DNA of 64,000 bases, taken from assembly GCA_944324225.1 (NCBI GenBank), contig CALUVL010000011.1:2803-66802 (forward strand). Reading direction: 5' to 3'. Positions 56,124 through 64,000 of this stretch are shown piece by piece (position 1 is the stretch's first letter; every line of letters starts with the position of its first letter). The notes under the pieces were generated by a model. That model was not told the DNA's origin. It saw only the letters and a program-made list of their open reading frames with translations, and searched no databases. The DNA comes from Candidatus Gastranaerophilales bacterium. GTDB taxonomy: Bacteria; Cyanobacteriota; Vampirovibrionia; Gastranaerophilales; Gastranaerophilaceae. The position numbers and the translations under genes are program-made.

Positions 56124-58787
56124 TTATGAATTTATATACATTGTAGATTCATTTTCTTTTAATTTTTTACGTGTAGTAGAGTCAATCGGCGGCGTAAATG
56201 TATTTTTAATAAACTCTGAACCTTCACTTTGACGTTTTGTTTCCTTAATTTCATCATTATCGAAGTATTTTGCAAACCCTGAGTCTCTCTTTAGGGTATC
56301 CAGCTGACCAATAACTTCATTATTAGTTGAAGATTTCATTACTGTAAGAATTTTATTTACAGCATCAACAGGAAGTCCGGCATCTAACATTGATTTACCC
56401 ATACCACTGTCAATCATACCCTTGAGAAGCGGAGCCGCAAATCTTGCGATTACAGTATAGATAGTACGTTTGTGAATCATCCCAGACACTTCTGCAATTG
56501 ACATCAATATCTCAATCTTTTTAGCTGGAGATGCATTCTCGAACATCTTAATATAATATTCTCGCCTTTGTGACGGAGATAACTGGCTTAATTCCTTAAC
56601 CGTAAGTGTACCGCCCATAAGATAAGATTCAAGATCTCCTGTCAAAACTGCACTATTAAGAGTAATCTCGCCAATTAGTCTTGTAACTTCGGTTTTTTGA
56701 ACATCCGGAGGCAATTTTTCCAGATTTTCAATTACCTTCTGAACGGCTTTTGAATTTCCTGATTCATAAACAACATCAATTGCTTTTGACTGAACTGACG
56801 GATCATAATTTTTGATATTGGCAGCTGCATGCTCCTGAACTTCGCTGAATTTTGAGGACATAACCTCTTTATGCATTTCCAGCTGGTTGTCTTTGTCTGA
56901 CAATTCAATCTGGTCTGCCAATGTATTTTGAATTTTTATAGCATCTTCATCATTAAACTTCTCAGAAGCTTTCATGATATTTTTTGAAACCTGAACCTGA
57001 TTTTTTGATGAATATTTTGCGGTTCCCTTGGCAATTGAAACCATCAACTCATCATCCTGGCTTTCTATAGCATGTTTAGTATATTTTTCATTTAACTTTA
57101 ATTCTATTGACTCATGCGCATTACCAATATTTTCGGCAATTACATTTGCGGCCTCTTTATCCTTGTATTTATCCTCATTGTCAATTGCATCATTAAAGAT
57201 TTTTTCCTGATCTTTTACTGATAATTTTTCAAGATTTTCTTTACTTGTTGCAACAGCGGCCGCTTTTTTAGAAACCCTGTTGTACGTAATTGCAACCTCT
57301 GCACGAGCTTCCTCGGGGCCGGATTCCATATTGGCTTCCTGCAAACCTACGATAGTTTCCTCACTGACCATACCTTTATCATGAGCTTCAACTACATCTT
57401 TTGAGTTTGCAAGACTTGCCTTTACGTCATTGTTTGCAGCAGCGTTTGCCTGAAGCAATATAGCATCCATATCGTCGTTAACACTGTTAAGACCTTGAAT
57501 ATGTTTTGCCAGTGCTGCAAGCATACCTTTCTGCTCCGGATTGCTGCAATTGTCCCTTAATTCAAAATATTTTGCACGCAAGGCCTCTTGATCTTTCGGA
57601 TCAATACCCTCAAACTGATGAATAAACCAATCTTGAACAGCATATTTCTTTGCTTCCAGTTCGGCTTTATTCATGTCATTGTTTTCCTGATAAAGCATTT
57701 CTTTTCTTTTTTCATAAATTTCATTAAAATGCTCATCTTTTGCCATTAATGCAAATGTTGAAGTTTCTTTATCAGAGTTTACATTTCCGCCAAACACATC
57801 ATTTAAAGATACACCGGCCTTGGATGCAAAACTCAACATCTTATATCGTATCAATTCGGCTTTATTTAGAGATTTTATACCATCTTGTTGTACTTTTTTA
57901 TCCAAATATGCTAATTGTTTTTTATAAAAATCCTCAGATGTACTGTCAAATCTTTCGGCCATATCTTTATCAAGCTGTTCACGCTGATAGGATTCTGTGC
58001 TTCGGCGGTTTTTAATTATTTGATTTGCAGTGCTTTCAATTTGTTCATTTAACGGTTTATTAAGCGCTGCCTCGTAATTCTTTTCCATATCACCATCAAA
58101 ACGTAAATTCATGGTTTCAACATCATCAGAGGCAGCAAAAAATGCCAGTGCAAGTTTTGCCTTGTCCTCAGGCTGCAAAAATTTCCATGAAGGAATATTC
58201 TCTTTAAAATTAGCCTCTATTGAGGTCATTGCTTGCATTTTTGCCTCGTCAGACATTGAATCCCATTTTTCTCCGTAGAATTTCTTTGCAAAATTCTTTA
58301 CAAAAAACTGTTCCTGTTCTTCCGGAGGTAAATTATAAAAATCACAAGCATATACCCCTGTTTCATCAGGCATAAATTCAATGGATTTTAAATTTTTATC
58401 ATTATAATTTATTGTAACGCTTTTAGATTGATTTGCAGAAGATGCTTGTCCGGCAGAAGCTTGTTCTTTTGGAGCTTCAGCACTTTGCGAGTCCGTATTT
58501 GCAGTGTTTGTCGTATTTTTTGTTTTATCTGCTTCATTACTTTGAATTTCTTCATAATACGGAACTAATGCCCGTTGAATTTCTTCATCAGACATTACGC
58601 TGATATCATAGCCTTTGGATACTAAATATTTTACTTCTTTTTCTGTTAATTGCGACTTGCTCTTTGGTGCACCCGTACTTTCAAAAACTGTATTCTGTGT
58701 TGACTGGCTTTTTGTTGTATTTGTCGTCGTAGATTGCACACCCGCACTTTGACCGATTTTTACGTCATAATTAGAATCAATACTCAT
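56124..58787 (-). CDS. Large hypothetical all-helical protein with an S/T/N/Q-rich N-terminal low-complexity region
   Basis: 887 aa ORF. No TM segment or recognised motif. Confidence 0.6.
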   Translation of the reverse strand: MSIDSNYDVKIGQSAGVQSTTTNTTKSQSTQNTVFESTGAPKSKSQLTEKEVKYLVSKGYDISVMSDEEIQRALVPYYEEIQSNEADKTKNTTNTANTDSQSAEAPKEQASAGQASSANQSKSVTINYNDKNLKSIEFMPDETGVYACDFYNLPPEEQEQFFVKNFAKKFYGEKWDSMSDEAKMQAMTSIEANFKENIPSWKFLQPEDKAKLALAFFAASDDVETMNLRFDGDMEKNYEAALNKPLNEQIESTANQIIKNRRSTESYQREQLDKDMAERFDSTSEDFYKKQLAYLDKKVQQDGIKSLNKAELIRYKMLSFASKAGVSLNDVFGGNVNSDKETSTFALMAKDEHFNEIYEKRKEMLYQENNDMNKAELEAKKYAVQDWFIHQFEGIDPKDQEALRAKYFELRDNCSNPEQKGMLAALAKHIQGLNSVNDDMDAILLQANAAANNDVKASLANSKDVVEAHDKGMVSEETIVGLQEANMESGPEEARAEVAITYNRVSKKAAAVATSKENLEKLSVKDQEKIFNDAIDNEDKYKDKEAANVIAENIGNAHESIELKLNEKYTKHAIESQDDELMVSIAKGTAKYSSKNQVQVSKNIMKASEKFNDEDAIKIQNTLADQIELSDKDNQLEMHKEVMSSKFSEVQEHAAANIKNYDPSVQSKAIDVVYESGNSKAVQKVIENLEKLPPDVQKTEVTRLIGEITLNSAVLTGDLESYLMGGTLTVKELSQLSPSQRREYYIKMFENASPAKKIEILMSIAEVSGMIHKRTIYTVIARFAAPLLKGMIDSGMGKSMLDAGLPVDAVNKILTVMKSSTNNEVIGQLDTLKRDSGFAKYFDNDEIKETKRQSEGSEFIKNTFTPPIDSTTRKKLKENESTMYINS

Positions 58788-58879
58788 TGTTTATACTCTC
58801 ATTTTGATACTTATACATGTAAAAACATGCTGTAACTGAAAATTGCAGCATGCTTTTAAATATTTACATTATTTTACAT

Positions 58880-59992
58880 TTAATTAACTGCTGAAAATAC
58901 CCCGTTTCCAAATAACAACATATTTGAATGCTGCAATTTTGTCGGGTAAGCATTGTTAAATCTGGTGTCATTTGTAACCTCCCACAATGTTTCAAATAAC
59001 TCTGGATCCAAAATTCTGGCTGTTTGTTTACTGTTGCGTTTATATACACTTGTAACCCCTACATTAAAATCACCAATTTTTGCATTGTCCTTAAGATTTA
59101 TATTTACAAGGGACAAACCTGCTACTTTAAATTCGCCTTCACCCTGTTTTTTAATAATTAAAGACTCAAAATCTTCATTATTACTATCCGTACTTACGGC
59201 ATAAAGTGTGTATTTTCCTAATCTTGTTTGTATGTTAGTGGACATTACAGTTCGTCCCCAATCTTCAGATTCTGCACGACCTTCGGCAAGCCAGCCGGTA
59301 TTTTTATATCCGTTTGCAATATTGCCGTAATTTGTAATTGTTACATTTCTTTCTATTGGTGCACCCATTTTTAAAGCTCCGGCATTTTTCAACCCCGGAA
59401 CTTTGCCTGCTGCAAAATCCTTCAGAAATTTAATAACTTTATCAGACGAATATCCGATCTTGTCCTCATTTACCATCAATTGTTCCACGGTTACACGCAT
59501 ACCTTCCGCACCGTCATCACCTATTATATGCAGAACTACAGGTCTTAATTCTTTTATTGTTTGAACATTTGTATTGCCGCTTAATATATCCTCAAAACTG
59601 GCGTTTGAAAGTGATGAAATTCTGATTTCTGTCACTCTTCCGTCCTTTTTAGGCGTTACAAATTCCAAACTGTATGAATCTCCGCCTTCTTTTACTGTTA
59701 CCAGTTCGCCTGTTCCGGCACTGTTTTTCACCCTCTTTATGCCGTCTTGCAAAGTATTAGTGCCATGCATCATTTCTACTTTTGCTGATTCGTCGCCAAA
59801 AACACTGTTATTATAATTTGCTGATTGTGCATTTAAGGGGCTCATTGCTATCAATGTTGCCAATGGCACTGCCATCACGGATGATCTTAAATTTGATGTA
59901 TGTTTGCGGCTTTCGTCTTTTCTGCCTGAAAATGTGATGTTATTTCTTGTATTAACACTAAAATTTACTGATGTTACCGGTCTTACTGCCAT
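58880..59992 (-). CDS. Hypothetical exported/anchored protein
   Basis: 370 aa, GGAG 11 nt upstream. Hydrophobic segment VMAVPLATLIAMSPLNAQSA after a basic 38-aa N-terminal region. Confidence 0.6.
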   Translation of the reverse strand: MAVRPVTSVNFSVNTRNNITFSGRKDESRKHTSNLRSSVMAVPLATLIAMSPLNAQSANYNNSVFGDESAKVEMMHGTNTLQDGIKRVKNSAGTGELVTVKEGGDSYSLEFVTPKKDGRVTEIRISSLSNASFEDILSGNTNVQTIKELRPVVLHIIGDDGAEGMRVTVEQLMVNEDKIGYSSDKVIKFLKDFAAGKVPGLKNAGALKMGAPIERNVTITNYGNIANGYKNTGWLAEGRAESEDWGRTVMSTNIQTRLGKYTLYAVSTDSNNEDFESLIIKKQGEGEFKVAGLSLVNINLKDNAKIGDFNVGVTSVYKRNSKQTARILDPELFETLWEVTNDTRFNNAYPTKLQHSNMLLFGNGVFSAVN

Positions 59993-60240
59993 AATGTACT
60001 ACTCCATATTAACCCTTCACTATTAATTTGTTTATGAAAAAATCGCAAAAATATTTTTTTTGCTAGCAGTTTAAAAACTCTTAATTCACTAAATACCCCG
60101 TTTTTCTGCATTATAATATGCTTTTAGCGGTTTGTAAAATTATATATACGATTTTAATATTTCTTAACACTTGCGCCATTATCGTTTTTGTAGTAATTTT
60201 CATGGTGTATAAAAAGTTTATCAAAAGAAGGAGAACTCAA

Positions 60241-61200
60241 ATGAGTGAAAGAAAATTAGTTGGAACCGGTGAAATGTTTAAAAAAGCACTTGCAGGCGGT
60301 TACGCTATCGGTGCTTACAACGTTAACAACATGGAAATTCTTCAGGGTATTGCTGAAGCAGCTGAAGAAACTCAATCACCTATCATTTTGCAGGTTTCTG
60401 CAGGTGCAAGAAAATATGCAAATCAAACTTACTTAATTAAACTTGTTGAAGCAGCTCTGGCAACTACAACAGTTCCGATTGCATTGCACCTTGACCACGG
60501 TGCAGATTTTGAAATCTGTAAAGCTTGTATTGACGGCGGTTTCTCATCTGTTATGATCGACGGCTCAAGATTCCCGCTTGAAGAAAATATTAAATTAACA
60601 AAACAGGTTGTAGATTACGCTCATCCGCGCGGAGTTTCAGTTGAAGCTGAACTGGGTAAACTTGCAGGTGTTGAGGATGACGTTAAAGTTCATGCTAAAG
60701 ATTCAACATATACTGATCCTGCAGAAGCTGCAAGATTTGTTAAAGAAACCGGATGTGACTCTCTTGCTGTTGCAATCGGTACTTCACACGGTGCTTATAA
60801 ATTCAAAGGCGAAGCTAAACTTGACTTTGAAAGACTTGCTGAAATCAAAAAAGCTGTTAACGAAGCTGTGGGATATGATTATCCGCTGGTTTTGCATGGT
60901 TCATCATCAGTTCCTGCTGAATTCGTTGCAAAATGCAACAAATTTGGCGGCAACCTTCCTGACGCTCAAGGTGTTCCGGAAGATATGCTTAACTACGCTT
61001 CTAAACACGGTGTTGCTAAAATCAACATTGATACCGACTTGAGATTGGCTATGACTTCAACAATCAGAGAATTCTTTGTTGAACACCCTGAAAAATTTGA
61101 CCCGAGAGAATACATGGGACCGGGCAGAACCGCTGTTAAAGAAATGGTTATGCACAAAATGCGCGATGTTCTCGGAACAGCAGGACACGCTAAAGACTAG
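60241..61200 (+). CDS. fba: Class II fructose-bisphosphate aldolase
   Basis: GYAIGAYNVNNME, LHLDHG and HGSSSVP motifs. Start trimmed to the ATG at 60241 behind AAGGAG. Confidence 0.9.
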   Translation: MSERKLVGTGEMFKKALAGGYAIGAYNVNNMEILQGIAEAAEETQSPIILQVSAGARKYANQTYLIKLVEAALATTTVPIALHLDHGADFEICKACIDGGFSSVMIDGSRFPLEENIKLTKQVVDYAHPRGVSVEAELGKLAGVEDDVKVHAKDSTYTDPAEAARFVKETGCDSLAVAIGTSHGAYKFKGEAKLDFERLAEIKKAVNEAVGYDYPLVLHGSSSVPAEFVAKCNKFGGNLPDAQGVPEDMLNYASKHGVAKINIDTDLRLAMTSTIREFFVEHPEKFDPREYMGPGRTAVKEMVMHKMRDVLGTAGHAKD

Positions 61201-61216
61201 TTTTCATAAACTATCT

Positions 61217-61252
61217 AAAAAATACCGCTTATTAAATAAGCGGTATTTTTTT
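61217..61252 (+). terminator. Rho-independent terminator after fba
   Basis: ataccgcttat-taaa-ataagcggtat followed by a T-run. Confidence 0.8.
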
Positions 61253-61436
61253 AACTATTTTTCTTAACACGATACCATTTTATTAAAATAAAAAGTGACC
61301 ATCTTATAAAGGTCACTACATACTTCCAACTTATATTGTGATTATATTTGTATCAAATAAATTCGAAAAAAAATAATTTAACAAAATTAAAAAACTGCCG
61401 GACATCTTGTATATAAAATATCCGGCAGATTTAATT

Positions 61437-62618
61437 TTATTTTTTCAAGAAGTCAGGAATTTCAATATTAGTAAATCCTGAACCCATTTGAGGCATTGAA
61501 GTTCTTCTTTGCTGTTGCGAAATATTTCCGTTATTATTAAAAGCTCCTGAGAAGAAATCTGATGCGCTAAGCTGTTTAACATCTTTTTTCATCGGTTCAA
61601 CAGGTTGGTTTTTAAGTTCAAAACCGGTTGCAATAACAGTAACCTGAATTTCACCCTGAATATTTTCATTAATTGCAGTACCGATGATAACAGTTGCATC
61701 GTCAAGAACTGCATCGTGAATAATATTCGCAGCATCTGTAACTTCATGCAGAGTCATATCCGGACCGCCTGTGATATTAACAATTACGCCAGAAGCGCCA
61801 TTGATAGAAGTTTCAAGAAGCTGTGAGTTGATAGCAATTTCAGCAGCCTTGATAGCACGACCTTCACCCTGACCGCGACCGATACCCATAAGAGCTGATC
61901 CTGAAGCCTGCATAACGTTTTTAACATCCGCAAAGTCAACGTTGATAGTACCGGGAACCGTAATAATGTCGGAAATCCCTTGCACACCTCTGAGAAGCAC
62001 TTCATCAACAATAATAAATGATTCATTCAGAGAAACCTGACGGTCAACAACCTGAAGCAATTTATCATTTGGAATAACTATAACGGCATCAACGGCTTCT
62101 CTCAATTTTTCAAGCCCTTGAACAGCTTGATTTTGACGTTTGCGACCTTCCCAAGAGAAAGGTTTTGTAACAACGGCAATAGTCAAAATACCAAGTTCTT
62201 TAGCTATTTTAGCAACAACAGGAGCCGCACCTGTTCCTGTTCCGCCGCCCATACCTGCCGTAATAAATACCATATCGGCGCCGTCTAGAGCCTGAGTAAT
62301 TTCTTGCTGAGCCTCTTCCGCTGCTCTTTCACCAACAGCCGGATCACCGCCGGCACCAAGCCCTGCTGTAGATTTAGCACCAAGCTGAATTTTGTTAGGT
62401 GTCTGTGCGAATTCCAACACCTGTAAATCTGTATTCATTAACCAGAACTCAACACCTGAGAGCCCTGCTTTAATCATTCGGTTAACAGCATTACCGCCGC
62501 CGCCGCCAACACCAACTACCTTAATTTTAGTTGGGTTTACTGCGGAACGAGCAGCCGGAGTCTGATTGTTTGTTGGATCTTCTTTCTTTGCGAAGATATC
62601 TGATACGTAATTTTCCAC
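61437..62618 (-). CDS. ftsZ: Cell division GTPase FtsZ
   Basis: [13 protein letters not shown] and the tubulin signature [14 protein letters not shown] start with AGAGG 8 nt upstream. Confidence 0.95.
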   Translation of the reverse strand: MENYVSDIFAKKEDPTNNQTPAARSAVNPTKIKVVGVGGGGGNAVNRMIKAGLSGVEFWLMNTDLQVLEFAQTPNKIQLGAKSTAGLGAGGDPAVGERAAEEAQQEITQALDGADMVFITAGMGGGTGTGAAPVVAKIAKELGILTIAVVTKPFSWEGRKRQNQAVQGLEKLREAVDAVIVIPNDKLLQVVDRQVSLNESFIIVDEVLLRGVQGISDIITVPGTINVDFADVKNVMQASGSALMGIGRGQGEGRAIKAAEIAINSQLLETSINGASGVIVNITGGPDMTLHEVTDAANIIHDAVLDDATVIIGTAINENIQGEIQVTVIATGFELKNQPVEPMKKDVKQLSASDFFSGAFNNNGNISQQQRRTSMPQMGSGFTNIEIPDFLKK

Positions 62619-62901
62619 TTTGTTACCTCTTTATATTTAAATATAATTACATAATTCCGGTTACATAGCCCGATAAATTATTCCGGACTCCCCAATTATA
62701 TAATAACATACTATTTTAAATAGAACAAAAGTACAAGAATTTTGCCCTAATTATGAACAAAAGTTAATAAAAAAAGAAAGAATACAAGCGTTTAAAAAGA
62801 TTAACATCGCATGAATAGAGAGAAAAATTTTTACATCACCCTCCACTCATCATTTTCTTACTTATATGTACGTAATGATATAAATTTAAATAGACATTTT
62901 T

Positions 62902-63705
62902 TCAGCACATCTTGGCAGGAGAAGTTCCCCAACTCAATTTATCTCTGAGTAAGGCATAAAAATCAGAATCATCTAAAAGTGCAAGTTTTACTTTATGTAA
63001 AGATTTTTTAATTTTAATATCTGTCTTACATTCATAGAAATTCTGTCCATCAGTGGAAACAACAAACCCGTTTTCACAATTTCCCACTGAAACAGTAATA
63101 ACTTCGGTATCAGGAACAACAAGAGGCCTTGCAGTAAGGGTATGTGGACAAATCGGAACAATAACAAACGCATCAAGATTTGGAGCAAGCACAGGCCCTC
63201 CTGCAGAAAGACCGTAAGCCGTAGAACCAGTAGGCGTAGATATAATTAGCCCGTCAGCCAAATAATCACATACTTCTTTTTCATTAATTTTCAAAGACAA
63301 ACGTGCTGTTCTACCATGCGAGTTTCCTTTAATAACAAAATCATTCAGTGCAAGATTTTCACCGCTTTGGAGCATAATTCTTTCTTCAATGTAAAACTGA
63401 GCATCAAGAATCTTTGCTACAGCATCTTTCAGATATTCTCTTGAGGCCTGAGAGAGAAACCCTAAACGACCAAGATTAATCCCGAAAATAGGTGTGTCAA
63501 ATTTCGCAAAAAATCTTGCAGTTTTAAGAATAGTGCCGTCGCCTCCGATAACAAAAGCAAAGTCAAATCCGTCTTTAAGATTATCAATATCAAGAACTTC
63601 GCAAAATATATTTTGCTCACTCAACAATCGAGCAAGATTATTTTTCACATCCACAGAATTTTGAATTTTATTATTATAGCAGACTGCAAATTTTTTAGTT
63701 TTCAT
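62902..63705 (-). CDS. nadK: NAD kinase
   Basis: GGDGTILK motif and the STPTGSTAYGLSAGGP motif. Confidence 0.9.
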   Translation of the reverse strand: MKTKKFAVCYNNKIQNSVDVKNNLARLLSEQNIFCEVLDIDNLKDGFDFAFVIGGDGTILKTARFFAKFDTPIFGINLGRLGFLSQASREYLKDAVAKILDAQFYIEERIMLQSGENLALNDFVIKGNSHGRTARLSLKINEKEVCDYLADGLIISTPTGSTAYGLSAGGPVLAPNLDAFVIVPICPHTLTARPLVVPDTEVITVSVGNCENGFVVSTDGQNFYECKTDIKIKKSLHKVKLALLDDSDFYALLRDKLSWGTSPAKMC

Positions 63706-63753
63706 AGGGAAAATATAACATATTCAAACTTAATAAGCAACAAGCAAAGGAAA

Positions 63754-63791
63754 AGGCGCCCCTGTGTAATTACTATAAAAATTGGGCGCCT
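63754..63791 (-). terminator. Hairpin AGGCGCCC...GGGCGCCT followed on the minus strand by TTTCCTTTG
   Basis: 8-bp GC-rich stem with a 22-nt loop, upstream of the nadK promoter region. Confidence 0.4.
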
Positions 63792-63817
63792 ATATTGAGC
63801 AAAAAGTTTTTGTTTAT

Positions 63818-63845
63818 ACAAGTCGGGCAATCTTGCCCGACTTGT
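63818..63845 (-). terminator. Perfect 12-bp hairpin acaagtcgggca-atct-tgcccgacttgt
   Basis: Lies about 40 nt downstream (minus sense) of a TAG that closes an open frame entering from the window end. Confidence 0.5.
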
Positions 63846-63881
63846 ATTCGTTCGGATTTTTCTTTGGAGTCAAGCTGTCCT

Positions 63882-64000
63882 CTAAGGATCCTCATTTCCG
63901 TAGACTTCTTCCCATTTCTGGAAGATACCTTTATGACAACCCGTAGATTGGCTCCAGCTTTCGACCCAAAGGGTCGCATTAACAACTTCAGTTTGACCTT
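63882..64000 (-). CDS. Possible 3' end of a gene entering from beyond the window (..GQTEVVNATLWVESWSQSTGCHKGIFQKWEEVYGNEDP*)
   Basis: Open minus frame from 64000 to the TAG at 63882-63884, followed by two hairpins. Only 39 codons are visible and a second frame is also open, so this is weak. Confidence 0.3.
   Translation of the reverse strand, partial: GQTEVVNATLWVESWSQSTGCHKGIFQKWEEVYGNEDP

Noticed and set aside
63773-63985. 70-aa minus-strand ORF from the track.
   Set aside because: It reads straight through a perfect 12-bp palindrome and a second GC hairpin. The translation is basic and low in complexity, so terminators or RNA structure are more plausible.
63850-64000. Resemblance of the minus-strand string GGAGCCAATCTACGGGTTGTCATAAAGGTA to the P15-region sequence of bacterial RNase P RNA (GGAGCAAGGCCAAATAGGGGTTCATAAGGTA).
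   Set aside because: The obligatory downstream ACAGAA.CCGGCUUA-type P4 strand is absent. The similarity is short and recalled from memory.

Overview
AT-rich bacterial chromosomal segment, densely coded and mostly core metabolism. There is no transposase, integrase, CRISPR array or rRNA. All product calls come from reading motifs in the supplied translations and the raw sequence. No homology search was run.

Recognisable content:
- An infA-rpmJ-rpsM-rpsK-rpsD-rpoA-rplQ-truA-rplM-rpsI ribosomal cluster.
- gcvT-gcvH-gcvPA, adhE, lysC, nadA, rlmB, a group-1 sigma factor, rpsA, ispH, fba, ftsZ, nadK, lepB and rimO.
- Two tRNAs, Val-GAC and Cys-GCA.
- A type IV filament machine (T2SS/T4P-like) split over two loci: a PilP/GspC-like gene, secretin, ATPase and platform at 7.3-13.3 kb, and a fused PilM-PilN (GspL-like) gene plus a PilO/GspM-like gene at 47.5-49.9 kb.
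- Two pilin-like genes, one of them disrupted.

Two edge-truncated genes are missing from the ORF track. One is a TPS/FhaB-like giant repeat exoprotein (1-2732, minus). The other is a possible gene 3' end at 63882-64000.

The gene order, the pilin style and a stand-alone ftsZ suggest a non-photosynthetic cyanobacterial relative (Melainabacteria-like). That is low-confidence inference.

The best candidate for something undescribed is the co-directional block at 14.5-20.5 kb. It holds an anthrax-lethal-factor-like HEFGH metalloprotease, followed by a tight four-gene module with no recognisable family: a Cys-motif helical protein, an internally duplicated 4-TM protein, a small protein, and a protein with a coiled-coil N/C-terminal, flagellin-like layout.

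Several GC-enriched, structured intergenic islands are candidate ncRNAs, leaders or repeat elements.
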